Assembly: GCA_951406725.2 (NCBI GenBank)
Contig: OX597814.1
Span: 170,934,001 to 170,998,000 of the forward strand
DNA: 64,000 nucleotides
Direction of reading: 5' to 3'
DNA from: Octopus vulgaris
Taxonomy: Eukaryota
Part shown: one piece after another, positions 51,535 through 64,000 of the stretch
Position numbering within the stretch: the first letter of the stretch is position 1
How the letters are laid out: each line of letters starts with the position of its first letter
Notes under the pieces: model-generated
Databases searched by the model: none
What the model saw: only the letters and a program-made list of their open reading frames with translations
Told to the model about the DNA's origin: nothing
Made by a program: the position numbers and the translations under genes

Positions 51535-51722
51535 ATCTACGTAATTGCTCAATCTGCTAGAAATAGCAGCCAAATCTCTCTTAAATTACAGCCCACCATT
51601 TTAGAAAACAGTATTGCAGAACATTGGGATAATTTTGCCCCAGGAACAATGCGCATAGGAAAAATACAATAGTCTTTGATCATAGAGATACTCAGTCAGG
51701 GCTAACCCAGGGCTAAACAACA
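51535..51722 (+). repeat. Old interspersed repeat family X (also ~3205-3420, 6700-6895, 36275-36480, 42980-43165, 46455-47100)
   Basis: CTAGAAATAGCAGCCAAATCT...TTTGATCATAG..CAGGGCTAACCCAGGGCTAAACAACA recurs in diverged form. Confidence 0.65.
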
Positions 51723-52626
51723 AATGAAATCAATATCTTCTTAAAATTTTTAATTCAACATTTATCAAACAGCTTAAGAAATAGAATATTTTCACAAAGC
51801 ATACGTTCACATGTGCTTGACCAGTTGACCTACAATGCCAAATACTTCTGCAGTTGATGATAATATTGCATTCTTTTGTTCAAAATTAATTTTAAAAAAT
51901 TCCAGTTGTTGAATAACAAACAACCAATGAATGATTTGTCGACTTTTATAAAAATAAATCACATTACATTAAAATTTAGAATGCAATCAAATCACCTGCT
52001 TCCATTGAAGGGTAGTGTGGAAAGATCAAGAGGGAGGGTAGGAGGATTTCCAAACAGTCAGGTCTATAATTATTTAAAAGGAACAGTAATCATAACAAAT
52101 AATTAAACAAATAAAAATTTGAAGTTTGCCAGTAAGGTTTGTGTGTGTTGTGTGCATGGTTCAGTGCAGAGTGAGGGAAGGTGTCCATTAGATAATTAAA
52201 AACATCATATTGGAAAAGAGTGGGCTTTTTTTCTTTACTTTTCAAACCAAAAGAACCTGCAAACTGAGAATTATATTCCTTTTTGTGTTATGTAACTATT
52301 ACATATTCATTGTTTGCTTTATGCGATGCAGGGACAGTCAGAGGCCCTTTACAAAATGTTGATTATATGTCTACTTCAATGCTTTGAATTCCGCCTTCCT
52401 CCTACCAACTACTGCAATCCTTTCAACTAATATCACAGATACTTATTTCAGATATATTGCTCCCACCACAAACATTTGCTCACACTCCCGTTAGAAAAAT
52501 TTCTTTTTAATAAATCACTTTAGTAGAGGAGGGCAGGTAGAAGCTGTCCTTATACTGGAGTCCTGGCTCAAATGCTTACAACAGGGTAAACTTAAAGGTG
52601 CACAAACACAAGATGAGGTGGTGGCA

Positions 52627-52835
52627 TTAACCTTTTAGCATTCAGATGTAATTCCTATTTATTCACATTGTTTCGAATTAATACTGCATTATCTAACAAC
52701 TTTCAGATTTTGATGATTGTTTGTTTTAAGAATGACATTGTAGGGTAGGTGCAAGAGGCTGGATTTAGTCAGTCTGAATACAAAACAGTTAAAATACTTG
52801 GGCTGGATATGGTCAGCGTAAATGCTAAAAGATGA
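52627..52835 (-). mobile_element. MITE-B, diverged
   Basis: TTAACCTTTTAGCATTCAG...AAATGCTAAAAG. Confidence 0.75.
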
Positions 52836-53271
52836 AACCAGATGATGGATTAAGTGCGCTGCACAGGAACTTTGAAAGTGCATTCAGGGGTGAGCTTTGA
52901 ATTCAGAACACAGAGAATAAAAACCACAAAGTTTTTTGACCTATGGTCTAACAACACAATTTTTCTCTTAAATATATTTATTTATATTATATAGAGGGCA
53001 TAATTATACATAAATGCCACATGCTAAGAGGGACTGTAACCATATTAATCTCGTTTGCCAAAAATTTGCATCTTGGTCTACCAGTCTCACTACTTTTTAT
53101 AACTAGGGAGGTGAAGTATGAGAAAAAGCTGCTGTACTAGACTAAAACAAATATCAAGCAGCATTTGCATTGTGGGTCCAAATTCCTCTTTGGTTCATTT
53201 AGCCTTTCATACCTCCTAATTTGATTTGATTAAAACAAGTAGTAATATGATGGAATTAATTAAACTGACTA

Positions 53272-53456
53272 TTCTTTTATTCTTTAACTTGTTTCAGTCA
53301 TTTGACTGCGGCCATGCTGGAGCACCGCCGCCTTCAGTCGAGCAAATCGATCCTGGGACTTATTCTTTGTAAGCCCCGCTAAGTGACGGGGACATAAACA
53401 CACCAGCATCAGTTGTCAAGCAATGCTAGGGGGACAAACACAGACATACAAACACA

Positions 53457-53501
<45 letters not shown>

Positions 53502-53618
53502 GACAGGCTTCTTTCAGTTTCCGTCTACCAAATCCACTCACAAGGCATTGGTCGGCCCAAGGCAATAGCAGAAGACACTTGCCCAAGATGCCACGCAGTA
53601 GGACTGAACCCGGAACCA
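53272..53618 (-). mobile_element. SINE family A
   Basis: Close reverse-complement match to 31235-31530, with tail. Confidence 0.9.
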
Positions 53619-53976
53619 TATATATACTAATTTGCTAAAAAGCAGTGGCATTGATTAAAAGGCAGAATTTGATCTTAACTCCAACATAATATATCTCCAG
53701 AAAACTCCTCTGAAGTGCACAACTTGACTATGATTTTCTTCTTTGCCAACAATAAATTTAAACTAAACGTTGAACAATCGCACTCATTATTTCGTCATTC
53801 CATTCTGCCTCAGATGGTGAACAAGAAATCCACAACAACAATGAAGCATCTCTTATTAATGTAGCCTTGTTGATTGCATTATCTGCAACAATTTTAAGTA
53901 TACATTAATTATAACATTTGATGGCATAGATGATGCACAAGGACATTAGACGTACTCCAATTACAGCAGCACATAT

Positions 53977-54186
53977 CCTTTTCCTTGTTTCTTTTTTTTA
54001 CATGTTTCAGTCAATTGACTGCGGCCATGCTGGAGCATGGCCTATAGTCGAAGAAAATGACCCTCGGGACTTATCCTTTGTAAGCCTGGTGCTTATTCTA
54101 TCAGTTTCTTCTGCCAAACTGCTAAGCTACAGGGATGTAAACACACCCACATAAATATATACATACACAGATACACGTGTGTGTGT

Positions 54187-54233
<47 letters not shown>

Positions 54234-54380
54234 AAACCAGACTTCTTTCAGTTTTTGTCTACCAAATCCACTCATAAGGCTTTGGTTGGCAGAAAATACT
54301 TGCCCAGTGTGCTACGCAACAGGACTGAACCCGGAACCATGTGGTTGGGAAGCAAGCTTCTTACCACACAGCCACACCTG
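53977..54380 (-). mobile_element. SINE family A
   Basis: Tail, internal (TA)n, head CTTACCACACAGCCAC. Confidence 0.85.
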
Positions 54381-55307
54381 GGTAAGAAAAGAAGTTTTTT
54401 AAATCATTACAGCTTATGAGAGGCCCAACTTCACATACAGGATTCAGGATGATTTTTTTTGAGACATATTATTGGGAAAAGCTGTTACCCCGCCTACCTC
54501 AATGCACATTCTTCAATAGAAATTGGGCATGACACCCTTTTCTTCTGGCTAAAATTACTAATGGTTTCTAGAAGAGCTTATAAACAAGAACAATTTTTTT
54601 AACACTAATCAAATAGATAAAAATTGCAAAAAATATAGGGACCCAACTACAAAATGAAAAATGAGGGAAAAAACAGGAATTTTATTTACTTCTCCATTTA
54701 TTTATTTTTTTAATATCCATAGTAAACTTCATCTTATTTGTTATTTGTTTTGTTCTTTCTTTATTGTGCGAATGTATATCTGTTTCTAATAACTAATAAC
54801 ATTTGGCAGTTGAGAAACATGTCAGATTATTTACTATGAAGGTTACACAATGTCAAATCTTTCTAACTATACTTTAAATATCGCACAACTTGGCATTGAT
54901 GAAAATTATCAGTTGGCTCAAAATATTAAACTACGCCCCCACCTTACTCTAAATAGGTTAATTTTTCACACTTGTCATTATCAGATATCCAAAATCAGAA
55001 ACTGATCATATACAACAACAAAATAAATAACAAAAAAAAATTTTGGGGAAAAAAAACAAACAAACAAACAAAAAAAACACCAAGCTCTTACTTCTGCACA
55101 ATCTCCTTTATGAGAACATCATAATATAAAACAATAACACAACGGAATATTATGTGTTCCATAACAGTAAGTACTGTTTAAGTAAAAGATATTCGACATA
55201 AATCAGCTGGCCAACAGGCCGGCTAAGTTAGAAGATGTGGAGGAATAAATGCAGCCAACTGAGTGAGCAACGATGCAGTTTTCAGCCCAAAGGCTTTCCA
55301 TTATGTC

Positions 55308-55668
55308 TTATTTCTTTTACTTGTTTCAGTCATTTGACCGAAGCCATACTGGAGCACTGCCTTTAGTCAAACAAACTGACCCCAGGTCTTATTCTTTGTA
55401 AGCCTAGTATTTATTCTATCGGTCTCTTTTGCTACAGGGATGTAAACACACCGGCATCAGTTGTCAAGCAATAGTGGGAAGGACAAACACAGATACATAA
55501 ATACATACATACATATATATGATGAGCTTCTTTCAATTTCTGTCTACCAAATCCACTCACAAGGCTTTGGTCAGCCCGAGGCTATAGTAGAAGACACTTG
55601 CCCAAGGTGCCATGCAGTGGGACTGAACCTGGAACCATGTCGTTGGGAAGCAACCACTCCTGCGCCTG
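55308..55668 (-). mobile_element. SINE family A
   Basis: CTTTTACTTGTTTCAGTC...CCACTCCTGCGCC. Confidence 0.85.
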
Positions 55669-57424
55669 GCTTCTTAACACACAATCACTCCTGGATTTAG
55701 GGGTACAAGTAACCAAGTCTACTTTGATATGCCACCATTTGTTAAAGAGAACAGTTGGAAGTGAGTCCTGAGTGAAGGTCAGCTATTATATACAACACAG
55801 ACCTGGCACTGTGAGTAACATTTGAAGAAGCTGCTCCATTAGTGACCACTAACTTGCAGGTAAAGAGACTATTGACAGAGATCAAAAAATCAGTTAAGAG
55901 CAATGTACAAAGGTCATTCTTATTTCCCCCCTCAGTGTTCTTTTGAAGTCCTGTAAATGTTGAAGAGGTTCCCCTTTCTTTTTCTGTCTTTTTTCTCAGA
56001 GAAAGACAAAGAGTGCCCATGACTTTATTTTTTCAGCTGGTGGAAAGAAATGAGAAAGTGATCTCTAAACTGGAGACCTGGTGCCAAATGCTGCAATAGT
56101 AAACTCAGCTAAAGGTACCAAAAGACCAGATGGAAGTTAACTGGACAGTGGATTTGACTTAGCATCTAAGAACTTTGAACACAATCCATATGATTAAATA
56201 TAAAATTACTTCCATGCTTTGTAAACATACTCAAGATCTAACAACAGTCACTGGCCTATACCTGGTCAACCTAGTCATTCTAACTGTACATAAGTCATTT
56301 GTTTAACCTTCGATTCAACTCTAATCGAAGCACATTTATAATTAAGGTGGCGGGATGAGATTTGTGGGACATTTAGCAGATATTTCTAGAAGGTTCAGAA
56401 AACAACATTGGCGGGGATAGTGTTGTATGTTGCAACTGTTAGCACCTGTCACTAATATAATTGATGAGTATTGTCAGCAGACAATGCCAAGCACAAATAC
56501 TCCCATTTATGTAATGTGAATATAGGTGAGACTATGAGGTTACCTTTGCATAGTCACACAACATGTTGGAACCACTTGGCACAATCTAAAATTATATAAT
56601 ACTGATGATGACTTATTTATACTTATTGCATTATTCTATAACAAAAAGTTCAAATTTAGTTCATAAAAGCTCAACCACAACTTACGATAATCCAAAAAAG
56701 CATTATGTATGCACACATATTTAGCTATCTGGGAGTGTGTGTGTGCATATGTATGTACAAGTATGTGTGGGTGAGTTTTTGCGTGTGTGTGTGTCTGTGT
56801 GTGTGCAGGTGTTATTTTCTTTGTAGTGAGGTTTCCATTGAGTTTTGAACCATCTTATATAGGTTCCCCAACTCGTGATCATGGCAAACTATACTGCCAT
56901 AAAAGGTAAGGCCAGATATGAGAAACAAGACTTTTAGCATAAACGGCATTAATGCCTACATGATCATGGCTCAGTCAATCAGATCAGCTGGTGAGTAGCC
57001 GAGACATCATCAATTTTTCCCAAAAAGCTAGGCTGAACATTATAGAAACTGCTGGGTGTTTTGAACTCCCAGACAGAATGATCTGAACTGTTACTCAAGG
57101 CTAGGTCACTCAGTTCAATGATAAGTGTTCTCAATCTTTTTTCTACTTGTTCTGCTTAGAATGACCTGAGGTGCTACTCGAAGCTATTTAAGTCAATTTT
57201 GTGATGAAATGTTTTCACTTTTTCTACATAAATACGTTATCAAGAATTATGAACTGTTTCCATATTATTTAGTAATATTATACAGTGAAAATTTGTACTT
57301 ATTCTATGAGATCTCTTGAATGCTATTCTACTTATTCAAATGTTATATATATATGTAAAGACAAATGTTCCAGGTTCATAAAAATGTACAAGAATACCAA
57401 TATTAGTGTACTTATTAAGGACAT

Positions 57425-57725
57425 GTGGAGGCACAATGGCCCAGTGGTTAGGGCAGCAGACTCACGGTCGTAGAATTGCGGTTTTGATTCCCAGACCGGG
57501 GAATGGGTGTTTACTGAGTGAAAACACCTAAAAGCTCCATGAGGCTCCGGCAGGGGGTGGTGGCGATCCCTGCTGTACTCTTTCACCACAATTTTCTCTA
57601 ACTCTTTCTTCTGTTGGCCTGCTCGCTTAGCCAGCGGGGTGGCATCATTTGAAGGCTAAAACAATGCGAAGCGCATTGTGACCAGCGATGTGTAGCAACA
57701 TCTGATAGCCTGATTGGTCATGGTG
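57425..57725 (+). mobile_element. tRNA-derived SINE family D, full length, 11-bp TSD
   Basis: A/B boxes; ATTA(A/T)GGACAT at 57414-57424 and 57726-57736. Confidence 0.9.
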
Positions 57726-57825
57726 ATTATGGACATAATAGGCAGCCCAAAAAATGTTGTTATTTGTCAATAGTTATTTAATGAACCCTACAACTTCATT
57801 TCTGATCTCAGTCCTGGTTGTGGGT

Positions 57826-58068
57826 ATAGTAGAAGACACTTGTCCAAGGTGCCACACAGTGAGACTGAACCTGGAACTATGTGGTTCATAAGCAAGCTAC
57901 ATAAGCAAGCTACGGAGTGGTTGGCGTTAGGAAGGGCATCCAGCTGTAGAAACATTGCCAGATTAGACTGGAGCCTGGTGCAGCCTGCTGGCTTCCCAGA
58001 ACCCCGGTCGAACCGTCCAACCCATGCTAGCATGGAGAACGGACGTTAAACGATGATGATGATGATGA
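57826..58068. mobile_element. Family A (-) fragment abutting family B (+) 3' part (57914-58068)
   Basis: Junction carries tandem ATAAGCAAGCTAC x2. Confidence 0.8.
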
Positions 58069-58075
58069 TATATAT

Positions 58076-58110
<35 letters not shown>

Positions 58111-58523
58111 AACAAACAAACACATATGTGGATGTAAACTTATATAATCTATATTCAATATGTAGAGTGAAAAACATTGCTCAACAAAATGGCAGAGTCA
58201 TTGTTTGGTCTTACAGTGATTTGATAGCTTAACCGAAGCTATCAACATGTATACAACCAACCAAACAACATGTGAGACGGCAATATAACCAGCAGGTTTG
58301 AAAACAGGTGTCACCATTGGCTAAGTTTGATTTGATGAATGTCGAAATAAAAGTGAAGTACAGCTTAAGTTAATGTATACAACGGTCCCTGGAGAAGAGG
58401 AATATTCTTGATACCTAACCAGCAGGATTTATGGAAAAGTGAGTTTTATGAACTAATTCACTACTGTACCTTACGACTCGTGCAAGTATGTGTGTGCGTT
58501 TGTGTGTAGATGTGTGTGAAATT

Positions 58524-58554
<31 letters not shown>

Positions 58555-59349
58555 TCCTAGGTGGAGAATACATTGAATTATTAACAATTTAATATCACAT
58601 AAGGCATTAAGTAACTTGATGGAAATTTAGCAGAAACTGAAAACCTCTCCAAAGAGCGTGTATGTATTTCTTTGACCTACCTTACACTTCTACATCTATC
58701 CTATCAGATAATTGACAGCATACAAGGAGGAAAGGAGGAGAGAAGGAAGGGAAAGAGATGTGTTTCTTTCTCTAACTGTATACAGAATGTATGAACTTGA
58801 TAATGAATGATTCATAAATTAGTAAAACATGCTATAGAGGTCAGCATCTCAAAACAGTATTAGTGTCGGATGAATGAGTGAGATAATGGTAGAAATCTAA
58901 TGCAGTGGACATTAATGCGTCACATTATCAAATCTCCAGGTTTTGCATTTAAATTTTATCGTAGTCCAAATTTGCTTTCTACCTGTCCATTGTGAAATAG
59001 GTAAGAAATACCAGAAAAATATACTAAGTCATTCCAAACAACACTAATACACCCCTATGTATGTGTATATATGTGTGCATGCATGCACATGACAGGTGTC
59101 AATGGGAAAAAAAAAAGGTTCAACGTTAAAGAATTCATCACTACAGCAAGATTTTCAGGAATGCAACACTTTTGCAATGCAAGAGAACACATACACACAG
59201 ATTGAATGAATAAGAAAGGTGTGCTCAACAAATGTTGTGGGGGATATGTTTGTGTTTTTCTATTGAAACTAAAGCTGAGAGTTTCATGCAACTGTGAATA
59301 TTCTCAAAGCACCATCAGTGAAATAAATTTATTGCAATGTTCATAATAC

Positions 59350-60130
59350 TCTATAGAAATTACTTGATACCTTCTGATACTTAGGTGATCTAATCAGCTA
59401 TAGAAGAAGGTATACTCAAAGCATGGTGGTCACAATTAGAGTAGGGTGGTAAAGTTTGAGGAGTTATCTCCTATATTAATGACAAGGCAATATGTGGAAG
59501 GCACGTGTGACGAGGTCGTCCTGGTCACGTGAGCAAGGGCGTACGGGTGCACAGCAGCGACGGTGATTCGTAGGCGCAGGCAAGGAGGAAACCGAATGTT
59601 CGATGGCGAGAGGACGAACGAGCGGAAGCCGGCGGGCAAGCGAAGCTGCCGAGGAGCATGATGACGGCGACAGCAAGTGCGCTGTATACTTATGCTAGTG
59701 CTAGTTCTACAATGCATGGGCAGGAATTGTAATACTGCATGGTAGTGAGACTTGGGTACATGCACAGGATATATGAAGACTCGAAAAATACGAAGTTAGC
59801 ATGATTTGAAACTGTACGTGAAGGACAAGACAATGAGAAGCAGAGAGAAAAACTGAGTAAAAGAGGTATTAATTGTAGAATCCAAGAGTCACAATTACAT
59901 TGGTATGGATATGAGATGTGTACGGCTCTTGTCAGGTGGGTGATGAAGTGGCAGGAGATTCATGTGGAATGATATGATGAAAAAGGAAAAACCAAAGTAG
60001 ATGTGGGCAAAAGTGGTGAAGGCTGAACCCAGGAGGGGAATGAGAAAGGAATGTAACAAGGGGCAAGTTGCAGCATTGAGGGTACATATTGAACATAAGC
60101 AAAAACAGGAAAACAGATATTAAAATGGTG
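59350..60130 (+). pseudogene. Decayed RTE-clade LINE 3' half, interrupted at 59493-59711
   Basis: YLGDLIS, IRVGW-KFEELSP, LHGSETW, REKL..RGI, LHWYGY, KGKPK motifs in RTE order. Confidence 0.7.
59493..59711. mobile_element. CpG-rich 219-bp insert with TG...CA ends (solo-LTR-like)
   Basis: Begins TGTGGAA, ends TTCTACA (6/7 inverted match); interrupts RTE remnant; no TSD seen. Confidence 0.4.
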
Positions 60131-60220
60131 TCTATCTCAGCATCATCTCAAGCCTCTGGCTGAAACCAGTAAAAGGCTAAAAGAAAATACATTGCATGTG
60201 CGTGTATGTGCATGTATATA

Positions 60221-60272
<52 letters not shown>

Positions 60273-60347
60273 TACATATACATACACTATCATTATCACT
60301 ATTTAGAATCTACTTTTCAAGGCTTGCATAAGTCGGACAGAATTTGT

Positions 60348-60585
60348 AAGGTGGCAAGCTGGCAGAAACGTTAGCGTGCCGGGTGAAATGCTTAGCAGTA
60401 TTTCGTCTGCCGGTATGTTCTGAGTTCAAATACCACTGAGGTCAACTTTGCCTTTCATCCTTTCGGGGTTGATTAAATAAGTACCAGTTACACACTGGGG
60501 TCGATATAATCGACTTAATCAATCCGTTTGTCTGTCCTTGTTTGTCCCCTCTGTGTGTAGCCCCCCTGTGGGCAGTAACAAAATA
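60348..60585 (+). mobile_element. SINE family C, full length
   Basis: AAGGTGGCAAGCTGGCAGAAACGTTAG head, GAGTTCAAAT, GCCTTTCATCCTTTCGGGGT core; AGAATT(T/C)GT TSD. Confidence 0.9.
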
Positions 60586-60827
60586 AGAATTCGTTGCGGT
60601 AGATTTTCTGCAGCTAGGTTTACCTGTCAGCAGCCCTCACCTATTTCCAAGTAGTACAGACATGGTTTTTCATGGAAGACTGGAAATAAACATCCTCATT
60701 TATATGGTATTGATGTTCGTTTACAACCATCACATTATGTCCAGACAAAGATACTCACAAACACGTGTACACACACTTACATATGCAACTCTCTCCCTAT
60801 ATATACACACACACACACATACATACA

Positions 60828-61049
60828 TACAAAGGGTTACCGGAAAGTTCTTGGCTTTAAAGGTGTTGCAAAAGGCCTGGTTGGAGGCCTAACTTTCCAA
60901 GTTCTTTTAGAGGGCTTAGAAAAACTGAAGGACAGCTGCAATAAATGTGCAAATCTGAGAGGGAACTATGCTGAATAAAACCATAATTAACCGATCCTCC
61001 TGTAGTTTCTTTTATCCAAAATCCAGAAACTTTTCAACAACCCCTTGTA
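60828..61049 (+). mobile_element. Mariner-derived MITE (internally deleted)
   Basis: TA|CAAAGGGTTACCGGAAAGTTCTTGG ... CCAGAAACTTTTCAACAACCCCTTG|TA; retains transposase C-terminus EGLEKLKDSCNKCANLRGNYAE*. Confidence 0.8.
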
Positions 61050-61062
61050 TTTACACATACAT

Positions 61063-61365
61063 ACGACTCGTGGCCAATGTCAGCGCCGCCTCGACTGGCT
61101 TCCGTGCCGGTGGCACATAAAATACACCAATCCGACCGTGGCCGTTGCCAGCCTCGCCTGGCACCTGTGCAGGTGGCACGTAAAAAGCACCCACTACACT
61201 CACGGAGTGGTTGCCGTTAGGAAGGGCATCCAGCTGTAGAAACATTGCCAGATAAGACTGGAGCCTGGTGCAGCCTTCTGGCTTCCCAGATCCCCGGTCG
61301 AACCGTCCAACCCATGCTAGCATGGAGAACGGACGTTAAACGATGATGATGATGATGATGATGAT
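61063..61365 (+). mobile_element. Family B
   Basis: Two GGTGGCAC(A/G)TAAAA units, GGAAGGGCATCC core, (GAT)n tail. Confidence 0.9.
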
Positions 61366-61794
61366 ACACACACAATAGGCTTCTTTCAGTTTCCGTCTAC
61401 CAAATCCATTCACAAGGCTTCCATCAGCCTATAGCTTCTTGGCCAAGGTATTTATGCAGTAGTTAAGGAAATGTTTTAACCATACAGCTATGGCAAAAAA
61501 TACTTAAATGTTGTGTGTGTGTACATATTGAACATTTCCACGTTTACGTGTGTCACATAAAAATAGACATGAATTTTCTGTAGTCAATGTTCTTCTCGCC
61601 AAGCTTAAACTATTCTAAAGCAAGGTAAGAATTGCTGCAAGTTCTTCAAACATGAACAGCCTGATGGCCAGACATGGTTCCATGGAACGTTGAAAATGAA
61701 CAACACTGTATGTATGACAGTAACATTTGTTTACAATCATCACACGATGTAAGTCGAGGAATGAATATGTACTTAAAAATACTCACACACACCT

Positions 61795-61837
61795 ATATGT
61801 ATATGTGTGTATATATGTGTGCGTGTATATATATATA

Positions 61838-61878
<41 letters not shown>

Positions 61879-62100
61879 CTTTATCTATATATTATATCCA
61901 TACATCATTGTCTCTCTCCCTCTCTCTCTCATATATGTATATATATAATATATGTATATATATAATATATATGTATATGTATGTATATATATATATATGT
62001 ATATATAATATATGTATATGTATAATATATGTATATGTGTATATATATATATATACACACACACACATACATCTTTATCTATCTATCTATCCACACACAC
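61795..62100. repeat. Compound TA/CA/CT microsatellite region
   Basis: Direct inspection. Confidence 0.9.
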
Positions 62101-62274
62101 ACATTTTGTTTCTTTTATATTTATAGGTATTTTTTTCATTTTATATCTGTTTCATATTTCCAATGGAGTGTAAATTAGTTTGAAATATCGAAACATTTCT
62201 TTCTGTCATTCACCTTTTTACCAAATTATTTTTTATGTGTTGCTGTTACTACAAATTTGAACGCACACCCATGG

Positions 62275-62323
<49 letters not shown>

Positions 62324-62934
62324 CACACAAAGAAAAAGGAGTAAATGCGAGATAGCAGAGGAACTGAATGAAAGAAGAGTAAATGACAGTGAGAAAAAGA
62401 AGTTTAAAAGAAAGACAAGAAAAAAAAATTGCAAAAAAACAACAATTAAAAAATGAGTAAAATGAGAGAGAGAGAGAGAGAGAAGTAAATGAAATTGAAA
62501 GATGAATAAGTGAATGAAAGCAAAGAAAATGAAAAAGAGCAAAATAAAAGACAATGAAAGAGAGAAAAAGGAAGGAATTGAAGGGAAGTGAAACACTGAA
62601 TGAAAAAGAATGAAAGAAGAAAAAGAGAATGACCTGCTCTGGTGGATGGGGGGTGGAGGAGTGGTGGATAATTATTTTAATAATTTTGGTACCACTAAAT
62701 ATTTGCCATACTGAAAGATCTCTCCTACTATCCTTGCTACTCCTGCGTATTCTCTTGTGCTAAGTATTTTCTCGGTGGAGAGAGAGAGAGCTTGTGTTTT
62801 TTCACAGATATTAATGGAGAAAAACAACTGACTGACTTGTGTATATGGTGTGTGTGTGTGTCTATTCCTTTGTGTGTGTGTATGTGTCTGTGAGTAGCAT
62901 GTGTGAGAGGAAGAGCCTATGTATGTAATGTTTG

Positions 62935-62965
<31 letters not shown>

Positions 62966-64000
62966 CATTATGTTCATGTGTGTGCGTGCCTATGTTCACA
63001 TGTAAATGAGATGTAATGTTAACGTGTGTGTGTGTGTGTGTGTATATAATGTATAATGTTCGTGTTTTTCTGATGTGATGTATTTTTGCGCAATGCTCAA
63101 GACGGTGCCCCAGCATGGCCACAGCCCAATGGCTGAAACAAATAAAAGCTACGTGGTGCGATGTGCATACTGCATGTGCACATTGTACTGTGCATGTTGT
63201 GTATTCCATAACGTGTATGCACATGTCATTACATATGCAGCACAAAATGTAATGATATTGTGTACATAATATGCTTACAATAAGTAAATAATGGTACGTG
63301 TCTGTGTGTCATAGGTGTGTTTATGTGGTGATGTTTGTAGACACAAGTGTCTGGATATTTCTATGTGATATGTACACGTGTATAACACCCATTTTTGTCG
63401 TCATCATCATCATCATCAGTAGTAGTAATGGTAGTAGTAGTAGTAGTAGTAAAAGTAGCACTGATGATCATTGATGATGGGAGATGATTTCTTTATTTGT
63501 CACAAGGGCAATACAAATACGAGCAAGTAGGCTGGTGAAAGAGGAAAGGAAAGATATCCTGAAGAAGTGGACAAAATAAGGAGGGGGAGAGGAAAAGCTG
63601 AAGACGAAAAAAAAAAATTACAAAAAGGAGTAAAAAAAAAAAAAAGAAGAAAAAAAAACAACTGTGCACATCCCACAATTGCTGCCTAGACAGAATGGCA
63701 GCAGGCAAGGAAGGAAGAAAGGAAGGAAAGCAACTTGGACTGAAATTTATGTCGGAAATCTTTTCCTATGGAGATGTGTGTACGTGTGAGTGTGTCTGTG
63801 TGTGAGAGAGAAAGAGGATACAGAGTTGGGCGGAGTGAGAGAAAAATCAGCAATAGCATTTGAGGTCTGGCCAGTTGAAAAATCAGTAGAAATGGCTTTT
63901 TTAGTAGGAAGGATGGGGTGTGAGGACAATTGGAAGTAGATGGAAATAGCTGCAGGGAAAGAAATATAGAAAAAAAGAAACAACAACAACAACAATAATA

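Noticed and set aside
55742-56020. 92-aa minus-strand ORF in unique sequence
   Set aside because: No recognisable domain or splice support
56600-56625. CTGATGA hammerhead core words (also ~22735, ~63461)
   Set aside because: No stem II or GAAA downstream

Overview
AT-rich, microsatellite-dense eukaryotic non-coding DNA (intron or intergenic). The repeat repertoire resembles octopus/coleoid cephalopod genomes; this is an inference from remembered repeat styles, not a database hit. No protein-coding gene can be confidently called, and nearly all supplied ORFs are translations of (TA)n/(CA)n tracts or SINEs. Contents: at least five SINE-like families (working names A-E) in many copies, several with target-site duplications (TSDs); two TTAA-flanked piggyBac-type MITE families; a mariner-derived MITE; decayed non-LTR retrotransposons (R4/Dong-like, HERO-like, RTE-like); and a CpG-rich TG..CA insert. 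The most interesting signal is a set of short, mostly microsatellite-adjacent repeats that form long fold-back palindromes (up to 2x153 bp). Three sequence-unrelated families carry a hammerhead-ribozyme-like skeleton (stem I / purine core / stem II / GAAA / short, often palindromic segment) with non-canonical cores, reminiscent of Penelope-like element termini. One or two low-confidence minus-strand exon candidates are noted. Coordinates were read by eye, so degenerate repeat boundaries are approximate.
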